A stretch of 64,000 bases of DNA from Gammaproteobacteria bacterium (GTDB lineage Bacteria > Pseudomonadota > Gammaproteobacteria > Natronospirales > JAJUFS01): assembly GCA_033720895.1 (NCBI GenBank), contig JAWWBS010000003.1, positions 3,791 through 67,790 of the forward strand, given 5' to 3'. Below are positions 10,214 through 19,815 of this stretch, piece by piece. The position numbers and the translations under genes are program-made. Position 1 is the first letter of the stretch; each line of letters begins with the position of its first letter. Under the pieces are notes generated by a model. It saw only the letters and a program-made list of their open reading frames with translations. It ran no database searches and was not told the origin of the DNA.

Positions 10214-10713
10214 AGCAGCTGTTCGCCTCCGCTCGCGACTATATCGACAGCCTGCAGGGTCGGGAGAGAATCCTGTTCTTTGCTGGCAGCACGGCGGTAG
10301 CGCTGACGCTTGCCTTCCTGCTGGTGATTGAACCCATGCTGCTCTATCAGCAACGCCTGCATGACAGTGTCGAGCGGCAGCGCGAGCTGGTGAGCTGGAT
10401 GCGCGGCGCCGCCGAGGTCCTGGGCACGCAACAAGGAACAAGCCGAGAAGCCATCCCGCCGGGCGGCCTGCTTGCCGTGGTGGACGGCGCTGCCAAGCGG
10501 TCACAGCTGGGCAACAGCCTGCAGCGGCTGAGCCAGGATGGAGACAACACGGTGCGCATCCTGCTGGAAGATGCGCCATTCGACAGCCTGCTGTTATGGC
10601 TCGACGGCCTGCAGCAACGTTTCGGTATCAGCGTCGATAGTGCCGACATCGAGCGGGCTGCAGGAGACGGCCTGGTCAATGCCACCCTGACATTGTCAGG
10701 ACCGGACGCATGA
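10210..10713 (+). CDS. gspM: type II secretion protein M
   Basis: 167 aa with an N-terminal TM segment (ILFFAGSTAVALTLAFLLVIEP). It lies between gspL and gspN with overlapping stop/start codons. Confidence 0.78.
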   Translation: MKQLFASARDYIDSLQGRERILFFAGSTAVALTLAFLLVIEPMLLYQQRLHDSVERQRELVSWMRGAAEVLGTQQGTSREAIPPGGLLAVVDGAAKRSQLGNSLQRLSQDGDNTVRILLEDAPFDSLLLWLDGLQQRFGISVDSADIERAAGDGLVNATLTLSGPDA

Positions 10714-11486
10714 CACGCTGGCACCTCCGGTTGCTGCTGTTGTTCCTGGCCAGCTTTTCACTGAGCCTGGTCGTCCACCTGCCCGCCAGCCTTGCCCTCT
10801 CCTGGGCCGGACCCGCCCTGCAGCGGTCCGGCTTGTCGCTGGCCGGGGCCGGCACGAGCGGGACCGTCTGGCAGGGCCAGGTGGACAACATCACATATCG
10901 CCGTCTCGACATTTCCCGAGTCGCCTGGGAGTGGCAGGCTGCCGACCTCCTGCGTGGCGTAATCGGCACTGCACTGCACGTTTCCCTGCCCGGCGCCGGC
11001 AATCATCAGCTCGGCGCTGACATCGAATTCGATCCGTTTGGCGGGCAGCTGGCGGTCAGCTCCCTGCAAGGCAGCGCCGATCTCTCCATTGCCTCGAAAC
11101 TGGGCCTGGTGCCGCCGGAACTGGTCAGCGGCGAGCTGCTCATCAACATTCGCAGCCTGGTGGTCGAGAACGGTGTGCCGATTGCGATCGATGGCCAGGG
11201 CGCGCTGGAAAATCTCGGCAACCTCTACCTGCCTGGCATTCCGCTCGGCAGTTACCAGGCCCGCCTCACGACCGAAGGCAATACCCTGGTGGGACGTTTC
11301 AGCGACCTGGACGCACCGGTCGAAACCCGCGGTGAAGTCACGCTGGCACCGGATGGACGCTACCAGTTGACCGCGCGCCTGCGGCCTCGGGAGAATGCCG
11401 CCCCCATTCTTGTTTCCGGCCTCGACTTTCTTGGCCCGGCTGATAACGACGGCTTCAAGACCTTCAAGACTGCTGGACGACTCTGA
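10710..11486 (+). CDS. gspN: type II secretion protein N
   Basis: 258 aa with an N-terminal TM/signal anchor (LRLLLLFLASFSLSLVVHLPA). It is the last gene of the gsp block and is start-coupled to gspM. Confidence 0.7.
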   Translation: MTRWHLRLLLLFLASFSLSLVVHLPASLALSWAGPALQRSGLSLAGAGTSGTVWQGQVDNITYRRLDISRVAWEWQAADLLRGVIGTALHVSLPGAGNHQLGADIEFDPFGGQLAVSSLQGSADLSIASKLGLVPPELVSGELLINIRSLVVENGVPIAIDGQGALENLGNLYLPGIPLGSYQARLTTEGNTLVGRFSDLDAPVETRGEVTLAPDGRYQLTARLRPRENAAPILVSGLDFLGPADNDGFKTFKTAGRL

Positions 11487-11573
11487 AATAGTCTTCATAA
11501 GCGACTGATTTCAATAAAATTCCGGCATTTTTGCTGCAAAGCGCGCCGAATCCTCAAGCAAAAGCCCGCTGTA

Positions 11574-14500
11574 TTGCATAATCTGGTAAATACCATGAGA
11601 GCATTCAAGCGGGACGCATCAACGACCGACATCTTCCGCCGCCTGGTCGAACAGACGGCCGGCACGGTCGGGCGCGAGTTTTTCCAGGCGCTGGTGCATG
11701 AACTGGCCATTTCGCTGGAGACCGATTACGCCTTTGTCAGCGAATTCGATGGCAGCCCGCCGACCACTGGTCACCTGCTGGCCGTCTATGGCAAGGGTGG
11801 CTTCGAGGAAGGCTACCGCTTTGCCGTCCCCGAGAGCCCGTCCGAACTGGTCTGCCTCGAACACGAGGTCTTGCTGCCGAAGGATGTATCGAAGCGCTTT
11901 CCGAAGGACACCTGGCTGGCCGAGCATGGCATCGAGTCCTATGCCGCCGCTGTCATGCTGGGTCCGGATGGCGTGCTGCTGGGCCACATCGGCGTACTGC
12001 ATACCGAGCCGCGCAATTTTACCGACGATTTCCTGGCCGTCCTGAAAGTCATGGCATCCCGCGCCGCGGCCGAGCACCAGCGGCTGCAGGTCGAGCGCGC
12101 GATGACCTGGTCCGAGCTGAAGTTCAGCACGGCCTTCCGCGCCTCCCCCTCGATCATCACCATAGCCGACCGGGAAACGGGCGTATTGAGTGACGTCAGC
12201 CAGGCATTTGGCGACTTGCTGGGCCACCAGCCTGACGACGTGGTGGGCAAGACCGTCGAAGCGCTGGGGATCTGGCAGGACCTGGACGATCGACAGCGAC
12301 TGCTCGCCGACCTGGATGAACGTGGCAAGGCGGCGCCCCGCGAAGCCACCATGATCGATATCGACGGCCGTATTCACCACATGCTGGTTTCCGCCGAACT
12401 GATCCAGCTCGACCGGCGTTCCTATGTGCTCTCTGCCATGCAGGACATTACGGACTTTCGCGAAACCCAGGCGTCGCTCGAGACGACCGAGCAGACCTAC
12501 AAGGCCCTGTTCAACAACAGCAGTGACTACCTGTTTCTCTACGAAGCACCCAGCAGGCAGGGCCAGGGTCGGTTTCTCGAAGTGAACGAGGCCGCCCTGA
12601 GGCGGCTTGGCTTCAGCCTGGAAGAAATGCGTGAAATGGCGCCGGCCGACCTGCTGACGCGATCCGCCCTCGCAGAAACCAATGACATCGCCGCGGAGCT
12701 CAAGGCGAAGGGGCACATGATCTTCGAATCCGAGCTGCTGGCGCGAAACGGCGAGGTCGTACCCATCGAAGCCAGTGCGCAGCTGTTCAGGCTGGACGGC
12801 AAGCCGGTCATCCTTTCCGTTTCACGTGATATCAGCGAGCGGCGTGCTGCTGAAGAAGCCAGGCAGTTGCAGATTGCAGCCATGGAGGCATCCGTCGACG
12901 GCATTGCGCTGCTCGATGGCTCGCTTCGCTATGTCTATTCGAATGAAGCTCACCAGCGACTGAATGCCTATAGCTCGGCAGACGAGATCATCGGCAAGTC
13001 GTGGCGGGAGCTGACTGTACAGGAAGACATCGAGAAGTTTGAACGCGATGTGATCAATCGCTTTCACCGCGATGGTTACTGGCGTGGCGAAGTGATGGCC
13101 CGGCGAATGGATGGCAGCCACTATCCGCAGGAACTGTCACTGACGCGCATCGACGAAGACAACGTCATCTGCGTCATTCGCGATGTCAGCGAGAGGCATG
13201 AACAGGAACGTGCCTTGCGCGAAGCCGAAGCCAAGTACCGGCAGATCTTCGAAAATGCCGTGGAAGGCATCTACCGGGCCAGCCAGGACGGCAAGCTGCT
13301 GGATGCGAACCCCGCTTTTGCCGAACTCCTCGGGTTCAAGGACAACGACGAACTGTTCGAGTCGGGCCGTCCCAGCATGGCGAACTACTTCGCCGATCCG
13401 GCCATGCGCCCGGAACTGATGCGCAAGCTGGAAGAGACCGGCGCCTACCGGGATGTCGAATACGAGTTGTTCCGCTCCGATGGTGCCCGCATCTGGGTTT
13501 CCGACAACGCCCAGGTAGTGCGGGACGAAAACGGTCGGATTCTTTATCACGAAGGCATCGTGCAGGACATCACTGCACGCAAGTCCGCAGAGGAAGCGCT
13601 TGCCCAGTCCGAGGAGAAGTACCGCACCCTGGTCGACACAAGCCAGGATGGCGTGTTCATTGCACAGGATGGATTGCTGAAGTACAGCAATTCCTCGCTG
13701 AACAAGATTCTTGGCGCCGAGGACATCGATCCCAGGACCACCGACCTGATAAGCCTGTTCCATACGGAAGACCAGTACATTGCCCGCGAGTTCCTGCAAA
13801 TTGCCTCCGCCTCCCGGCGCCCGGTTTCTTTCGAAGCCCGCTTGATGCGGCATGACGACACCGATCCGAGATTCGTTTCCGTCACGGCGACGCCTGTCTA
13901 CTACAAGGGTGGTGACGCGCTGACCGGCACCATTCGCGATGTCACGGAGCAGAAGGAAGCGGAGTCGCAGCTGCTTTACAACGCCTTCCACGATTCGCTG
14001 ACCGGCCTGCCGAATCGAACACGTTTTCTCGAGAAACTCGAATCGGCCATGGTCGAATGTCGCAACAATTCGGATGCACGCTTCGCCGTGCTGTTCCTCG
14101 ACCTTGACCGGTTCAAGCTGATCAATGATTCGCTGGGTCATCACATCGGTGACAAGTTCCTGGTGGAGATTGCCAAGCGACTCCGGAAGTGCCTGGACGA
14201 CCGGGACATTCTTGCCCGCCATGGCGGTGACGAATTCACGATTCTTGCCTACAGCGCCACAGATGCGGAGCTGGCATCCGCCCTGGCTCGTCGGTTGCAC
14301 GAAGCACTGGAGCAGCCATTCACCATTGACGGTCACGAAGTGTTCACCAATGCTTCCTTCGGTATCGTCATGCAGGCGCCCCACTATCGCCTGGCCGAAG
14401 AAATGCTGCGCGACGCGGACACGGCCATGTACCGTGCCAAGGCATCGGGGCGGTCTGCTCTCGCAATTTTCGACGACGCGATGCACCAGCGCGCGCGAGC

Positions 14501-15296
14501 CCACCTGCAGCGCGAGTCGGAACTCCGCCGGGCGATCGAACGAGAGGAAATGGTGCTCCACTACCAGCCGATCATCGACCTGAACACCCGTCACACCCTC
14601 GGCTTCGAGGCCCTCCTGCGCTGGCATCACCCCGTGCACGGCATGCTGCTGCCTGTCGATTTTCTAGACATCGCGGAAGAAAGCACCCTGATTCTCGAAA
14701 TCGGCTGGTGGGCCATGCGAAGTGCCTGCACCCGTCTCGCCGAGTGGCAGCGGCTCGACGACCAGGAAGAGCTGTTCGTGAACGTCAATATCGCGAATCG
14801 CCAGTTCTCCAGTCCGCTGCTGACGGAGATGGTCAAGGACACCCTTCAGGCGACGAAGATCCAGCCGGACCGGCTGCGACTGGAAATCACGGAAACGGTC
14901 TTCATGGACAATCCGGACATTGCCCAGCAGATCCTGCTCGAATTGCGCGAGATTGGCGTACGGCTGCAGATGGATGACTTCGGCACGGGTTATTCGTCGC
15001 TGAGCGGTCTCCGCAACTTCCCCTTGCACACGCTGAAAATCGACAAATCCTTCGTGCAGGACATTGCAGAAGACGAAAGCGACCTGTCCATTGTCAGGAC
15101 CATCGCCCAGCTGGCGAGGGACCTGAAAATGGATATCGTGGCGGAAGGCGTCGAAACCGAGGACCAGTTCCGCTTGCTGCGTGAAATTGGTTGCGAGCTG
15201 GCGCAAGGCTTCCTGTTTTCACCGGCAATGGCTGCGCGTGACGTCCCCGCCTGGCTCGAAAAAGGCCCGATCCTCGACAGGTCCGACGAGGCCTAG
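11574..15296 (+). CDS. cytoplasmic GAF-PAS(multiple)-GGDEF-EAL c-di-GMP signalling protein
   Basis: 1240 aa with several PAS-like repeats. The GGDEF domain reads ARHGGDEFTIL and has no RxxD I-site at the expected position. The EAL domain carries EALLRW, DDFGTGYSSL, KIDKSFV and EGVET. The start could also be the ATG at 11595. Confidence 0.9.
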   Translation: MHNLVNTMRAFKRDASTTDIFRRLVEQTAGTVGREFFQALVHELAISLETDYAFVSEFDGSPPTTGHLLAVYGKGGFEEGYRFAVPESPSELVCLEHEVLLPKDVSKRFPKDTWLAEHGIESYAAAVMLGPDGVLLGHIGVLHTEPRNFTDDFLAVLKVMASRAAAEHQRLQVERAMTWSELKFSTAFRASPSIITIADRETGVLSDVSQAFGDLLGHQPDDVVGKTVEALGIWQDLDDRQRLLADLDERGKAAPREATMIDIDGRIHHMLVSAELIQLDRRSYVLSAMQDITDFRETQASLETTEQTYKALFNNSSDYLFLYEAPSRQGQGRFLEVNEAALRRLGFSLEEMREMAPADLLTRSALAETNDIAAELKAKGHMIFESELLARNGEVVPIEASAQLFRLDGKPVILSVSRDISERRAAEEARQLQIAAMEASVDGIALLDGSLRYVYSNEAHQRLNAYSSADEIIGKSWRELTVQEDIEKFERDVINRFHRDGYWRGEVMARRMDGSHYPQELSLTRIDEDNVICVIRDVSERHEQERALREAEAKYRQIFENAVEGIYRASQDGKLLDANPAFAELLGFKDNDELFESGRPSMANYFADPAMRPELMRKLEETGAYRDVEYELFRSDGARIWVSDNAQVVRDENGRILYHEGIVQDITARKSAEEALAQSEEKYRTLVDTSQDGVFIAQDGLLKYSNSSLNKILGAEDIDPRTTDLISLFHTEDQYIAREFLQIASASRRPVSFEARLMRHDDTDPRFVSVTATPVYYKGGDALTGTIRDVTEQKEAESQLLYNAFHDSLTGLPNRTRFLEKLESAMVECRNNSDARFAVLFLDLDRFKLINDSLGHHIGDKFLVEIAKRLRKCLDDRDILARHGGDEFTILAYSATDAELASALARRLHEALEQPFTIDGHEVFTNASFGIVMQAPHYRLAEEMLRDADTAMYRAKASGRSALAIFDDAMHQRARAHLQRESELRRAIEREEMVLHYQPIIDLNTRHTLGFEALLRWHHPVHGMLLPVDFLDIAEESTLILEIGWWAMRSACTRLAEWQRLDDQEELFVNVNIANRQFSSPLLTEMVKDTLQATKIQPDRLRLEITETVFMDNPDIAQQILLELREIGVRLQMDDFGTGYSSLSGLRNFPLHTLKIDKSFVQDIAEDESDLSIVRTIAQLARDLKMDIVAEGVETEDQFRLLREIGCELAQGFLFSPAMAARDVPAWLEKGPILDRSDEA

Positions 15297-15307
15297 CCCC
15301 CTGCTTG

Positions 15308-18300
15308 CTACGCCTCCGAGCCCGGACGGCCGGCTGTCATGTCGGCAACCACCACCTGGTTGCGTCCGGAACGCTTCGCCTCGTACAGCGCCATGTCTGC
15401 CTTGTTGATCAGCGACGGCAAGTCACGGACGCTGTCGCCAGCGACCGCCACGCCCACGCTGACTGTCAGGCGCAATTCACCCTTGTGGGTCTCCAGCCGC
15501 AACTCCTCGATGCTCTTGCGTAACCGGTCCGCAACATCCGCCGCGACATTGATCGGTGTCTCGGGAAGCAAAATGACGAAATCCTCGCCGCCGTATCGAC
15601 CGATGATGTCGAAGTGGCGAAGATTGTTTCTGCAGGTCGAGGCGATGATCTTCAACATGCGGTCACCGATATCGCGCCCGTAGGTGTCGTTTATCTCGCG
15701 GAAATTGTCGGCATCCAGGAGGATCAGCGCGACATCCCGGTCATAACGCTTGCCACGATTGAACTCGAGCTCGGCGAGTTCGAAGAAATAGCGCCGGTTG
15801 TTGACCTGGGTAAGCGTATCGGTGGTCGACAGGTTCTGCAGTTCCGAGAACAGGCGCGCGTTGTCGAGCGCGACCAGGGCCTGCGTCAGGAAAGCCGAAA
15901 CAATATCCTGTTCCTGTTGCGAAAATGCCGGCGCCTCGCGGCCGACGATCAGGAGTGCGAACTCGTCTGCCCTCGAGAAAGCAGGAATGGCGAGGAAGCG
16001 GGAATGCTCGCTCATGCCTTCGCGCAAGACCTGCAAGCGGTCCTCGTCCGGGCTGAACACGCGGGGCTTGCGCGAATGCCGGACTTCGGCAAAGAAGCGC
16101 GAGAAGCTGCCCGGCAGCTGTCGCAGGGTCTCGCGCTCCGTATCCGTGAAGCCCTTCACGCCGGCCACCTTGATATCGACGCCCTGTTCCATGAACAGGA
16201 CGGCCTTGCGGAATGCCACCATCGCGCGAAGATTCTCCAGGAGCTCTTCGGCAATCTGTTCCGAATCAAGCGACGACGTGAGCGCCTGGGTCAGTTGCTG
16301 CAAGGTCTCGGCCCAGCGCCGCTTGTGCTGCTCATGCGCAAAAGCATGGCGTTCCTGCACGCGATGCCGGTAATAGGCCAGGCCGGCGAATACCGATGAA
16401 AGCACCAGGAATACATATATCGAATACGCCCACCAGGTGGCCCAGAACGGTGGCGTGACATGCAACAGCAAGCGCGCTTCTTCGTCGCTCCAGCGACCGC
16501 TGCTGTTGGCGCCCTGGACGCGCAAGGTGTAGCTGCCCGGGTCCAGGTTGGTATAGGTCACGTTGGGCGAACCCCTATCCATCAACCAGGTGGTATCGAA
16601 GCCCTCCAGCCGGTAGCGATAGCTGTTCTTTTCGGGCGCAGCATAATCGAACACCGAGAACTCGAACCCGAGGACGTTGTCCGACCAGGGCACAGTCAAT
16701 TCATTCAGCTCGGATATGGGGCCACCACGGGCGATTTCCTCGTTGAACTTGAAGAACTTGGAGATGGCCACCTTCGGCGGTGTTGTCCTGCGCTGGATCG
16801 ACTCGGGGTAGAAGGCACTCAGGCCATTGATGCCACCGAAAAACACCTCGCCGTCCTCGGCAACATACTGCGCACCCGAGTTGAACTCGTTGCTCTGCAG
16901 GCCATCAGTGACATCGAACTGACGGATCGCGCCGGTCACCGGATCAAGCTCGTTCAGTCCCTTGTTGGTGCTGATCCAGATCATCCCGCGACGATCTTCG
17001 ACCACACCGTAGGTGAGATCGCTGTTGAGCCCTGCGGCCATTCCCAGCCTGGTGATGCTGCCATCCGGGCGAATCCGGTTGACGCCGAAAACGGTTGCCA
17101 CCCAGAGGCTGCCGTCACTGGATTCCAGCAGGCCGATGACCTCGTCGTTACTCAATCCGTCTGCCTTGGTGTAACGCTTGCCAAAGGTGCTCGACAGCGG
17201 ATCGAAATGCACCACGCCGGCATCCGTACCCAGCCAGAAGCCACCGCGACTCGCACTGGGCGTCACGGCAAAAAGGTTGTCACTCGGCGGCGTGGACTCC
17301 GGCTTGTCCGGATCGTGGGCAATGCTCGAAAGCTCGCCCGACTTGGCATCGATTCGCCCTAGACCCTGGTAGGTCAGGGTCCAGACATTGTCTTCGGCGT
17401 CGATGAACAACTGGTTGATCGTGTTGATGTAGTACGCATCTCCACCCTCGCCCACCTGCCATTCGAACCGTTCGAAATCGTCCGTGGCCTCCCGGTAACG
17501 CGCCACGCCATAGCCGGTACCCAGCCAGACCTGCCCCTTCGAATCGATGCGAGCGGAGAGGCCGTACTCGTAATTGAGTGACGTCGGATCTTCCGGGTCC
17601 CAGGTGTAATGGCGGTACTTGCTGGTCTCCCGGTCAAGTCGGCTGAAACCTGCGTCGGTACCCACCCAGATATTGCCGTCGCTGTCCGGCTGGATCGACC
17701 AGACCACGCGATTCGGCAGCGCAAACTCGCTGTCAGGTCTTGCAGCGTAATGCCGGAAAGCGCGGGTCACCGGATTGAAGGTATTCACGCCACCTGATTG
17801 GGTACCGATCCATATGATTCCGGTGCGATCTTCGAAAAGGTCCCAGACGTAGTTGTCGCTGATGCTGCGAGGATCCGCCGGATCATGCCGATAGTTCTCG
17901 ATGCGTTCGGCATCCTTGTCCAGCCAGTAGACGCCGTTGGACAAGGTCGCCATCCAGACGGCGCCCGACTTGCTCAACAGCAACTCGTGTATGTAGACGG
18001 GCAGGCCGCCATCGACACCGAAGTCAGCCATCGAAAACTGCTTGACCACCTCAAGCTCGGCATCGAGCAGGAACAAGCCGCCCATGCTGGCCAGCCACAG
18101 GCCGCCGTCTGGCGTTGGCTCGATGGCGAAGAGCTGCGGATACCCCCCGAGAAGGGGCAATTTGTCGGCAAGGTCCACCAGCACGAACGAGTCGGTCTCC
18201 GGATCATGCAGATGCAGGCCCATCGAGGAAACGAGCCAGATTCGACCCTCGCCATCTTCCACGATATCGCTCGGCAGGTGACCGGCCTGCTCGGCCAGTT

Positions 18301-18943
18301 CCTCCGGCGACAGTTGCGGCTCGTTGTCCGCACTTGCTTCCGCATCTGCGCCAGGATCGGCCTCGCTATCGGCCTGCGCACCCTCCTCGCCAGCCGGCGC
18401 TGGCGGCGAATATTCGCTCGCCCAGGAAACCGAGGTGACCTTGCCGTCGTCAATGCGATCCACGCCACCGTAGGTAAGCACCCAGACGGCGCCACTGGAG
18501 TCCTGGTACATGCGGGTGATGACCGGGTCACTCAATGAGTCAGGGCTGCCCGGTGAATGCTTGAAACGCTGGAACTCGTCGGTCCTGAGATCCCATCGCT
18601 CGATGCCCGCAGAGGTCGTCGCCAGCCACAGCGCCTCACCCGACCGATCGACGAGAATGCTGCTGAAGGAGCTCTGTGCAAAGGATTCCTCTTTGCCCTC
18701 CTCGGCACGGAAGATCTCGAAATCATGGCCGTCAAAACGATGCAGGCCATCCTCCGTCGCCAGCCAGATGTAGCCCGTCGGATCCTGTGCGACCGAGGTT
18801 ACCGTGTTCTGCGACAAGCCGTCCTGCCAGGTGTATGCCTTGAAACGCAAGCTGGCAGCTTGCTCGCCGGCGGTTGCCGGCATGGCAAAGAACGCCAGCG
18901 TCGCGACAAGGCACCATCGTGCGACAACGGTGTGGATGGTCAT
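15308..18943 (-). CDS. periplasmic beta-propeller (two-component regulator propeller / Y_Y_Y) sensor, TM, GAF-like, GGDEF-domain protein
   Basis: 1211 aa with a signal peptide (ATLAFFAMPATAGEQ). Many W-x-G/A-T propeller repeats are present (IWIGTQSGGV, IWVGTDAGFS, FWLGTDAGVV, LWVATVFGVN). A Y_Y_Y motif YRYRLEGFDTTW...YTNLDPGSYTLRV is followed by a TM segment. The C-terminus reads RHFDIIGRYGGEDF, which is an RxxD I-site plus a variant GGEDF A-site. Confidence 0.88.
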   Translation of the reverse strand: MTIHTVVARWCLVATLAFFAMPATAGEQAASLRFKAYTWQDGLSQNTVTSVAQDPTGYIWLATEDGLHRFDGHDFEIFRAEEGKEESFAQSSFSSILVDRSGEALWLATTSAGIERWDLRTDEFQRFKHSPGSPDSLSDPVITRMYQDSSGAVWVLTYGGVDRIDDGKVTSVSWASEYSPPAPAGEEGAQADSEADPGADAEASADNEPQLSPEELAEQAGHLPSDIVEDGEGRIWLVSSMGLHLHDPETDSFVLVDLADKLPLLGGYPQLFAIEPTPDGGLWLASMGGLFLLDAELEVVKQFSMADFGVDGGLPVYIHELLLSKSGAVWMATLSNGVYWLDKDAERIENYRHDPADPRSISDNYVWDLFEDRTGIIWIGTQSGGVNTFNPVTRAFRHYAARPDSEFALPNRVVWSIQPDSDGNIWVGTDAGFSRLDRETSKYRHYTWDPEDPTSLNYEYGLSARIDSKGQVWLGTGYGVARYREATDDFERFEWQVGEGGDAYYINTINQLFIDAEDNVWTLTYQGLGRIDAKSGELSSIAHDPDKPESTPPSDNLFAVTPSASRGGFWLGTDAGVVHFDPLSSTFGKRYTKADGLSNDEVIGLLESSDGSLWVATVFGVNRIRPDGSITRLGMAAGLNSDLTYGVVEDRRGMIWISTNKGLNELDPVTGAIRQFDVTDGLQSNEFNSGAQYVAEDGEVFFGGINGLSAFYPESIQRRTTPPKVAISKFFKFNEEIARGGPISELNELTVPWSDNVLGFEFSVFDYAAPEKNSYRYRLEGFDTTWLMDRGSPNVTYTNLDPGSYTLRVQGANSSGRWSDEEARLLLHVTPPFWATWWAYSIYVFLVLSSVFAGLAYYRHRVQERHAFAHEQHKRRWAETLQQLTQALTSSLDSEQIAEELLENLRAMVAFRKAVLFMEQGVDIKVAGVKGFTDTERETLRQLPGSFSRFFAEVRHSRKPRVFSPDEDRLQVLREGMSEHSRFLAIPAFSRADEFALLIVGREAPAFSQQEQDIVSAFLTQALVALDNARLFSELQNLSTTDTLTQVNNRRYFFELAELEFNRGKRYDRDVALILLDADNFREINDTYGRDIGDRMLKIIASTCRNNLRHFDIIGRYGGEDFVILLPETPINVAADVADRLRKSIEELRLETHKGELRLTVSVGVAVAGDSVRDLPSLINKADMALYEAKRSGRNQVVVADMTAGRPGSEA

Positions 18944-19060
18944 GTTGGAGCTATCCCCTGCATTCTGCGAGTGGCGCCGCCCGGTCGAATTTCTGCGTTC
19001 CCGTCAGCGGCCGGCTACATTGCCAAAATATCGTAAAATGGCCTCTCTCGGTAGGGTCAA

Positions 19061-19807
19061 ATGGGGCTTTGGATGATGGAATTTCCAGACCGGCATCCGC
19101 CAGAGGGGTGGCTGAAGAGCCTGGCAGCAGGCCGCCACGTCACGGTGCTTTCAGGTGCTGGCCTGTCGGCAGATTCAGGCGTTCGCACCTTCAGGGACCC
19201 GCAGGACGGCCTCTGGGCCGAATACAGGCCGGAACAGCTCGCCACGCCAGGTGCCTTCGCCGCAGCGCCGACGACGGTCTGGCAATGGTACCAGTGGCGA
19301 CGGCGTGCCATCGGCGCCGCGCAACCACATGCCGGCTACCACGCCCTCGCGCGCCTTGCCGGCAGCCTGGGCTGGCAGCTGATCACGCAGAATGTCGATG
19401 GACTGCACCAGCGCGCTGGCATGACGGTACTGGAGTTTCATGGCTCCATCTGGAAAGAGCACTGCCAGCGTTGCGAGACACCCAATCCCGAAGCACCGAC
19501 GACCGCGGAAGAGCCGCCTCGATGCAGCTGCGGCGGCCTGTTCCGGCCGTCAGTCGTATGGTTCGGGGAAACGCTCGACGCGCAGGTGCTGCAGTCCGCT
19601 GCGGCGGCAATGGCGTGCGATACCCTGCTGTTGATAGGTACCTCGGCCCAGGTCTATCCCGCCGCTGCCCTTGCTGGCGAGGCTCGGTCACGCGGCGCGA
19701 CGGTGCTGGAGATGAATCCGGAGGTCACGCCGGCGCAGGTTGATTCCCGCTGGTGCTCCAGCGCCCTTGAAGGCTTGCCAACGCTGGCCAAGGCCCTGCT
19801 CGGCTGA
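19061..19807 (+). CDS. cobB: NAD-dependent protein deacylase (Sir2 family)
   Basis: 248 aa with the Sir2 NAD pocket SGAGLSADSGVRTFR, TQNVDGLH, and a Zn module CQRC...CSCGG. The start is ambiguous (19061, 19073 or 19076). Confidence 0.88.
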   Translation: MGLWMMEFPDRHPPEGWLKSLAAGRHVTVLSGAGLSADSGVRTFRDPQDGLWAEYRPEQLATPGAFAAAPTTVWQWYQWRRRAIGAAQPHAGYHALARLAGSLGWQLITQNVDGLHQRAGMTVLEFHGSIWKEHCQRCETPNPEAPTTAEEPPRCSCGGLFRPSVVWFGETLDAQVLQSAAAAMACDTLLLIGTSAQVYPAAALAGEARSRGATVLEMNPEVTPAQVDSRWCSSALEGLPTLAKALLG

Positions 19808-19815
19808 CCGGGCCT

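Noticed and set aside
19061-19807. Sir2-domain protein considered as a possible anti-phage (Thoeris/DSR-type) effector
   Set aside because: It is small (248 aa). It has the canonical CobB/sirtuin layout with an intact NAD pocket and a Zn-ribbon module. It has no fused sensor domain and no partner gene, and it sits in a core-genome context. A housekeeping deacylase is the simplest reading.
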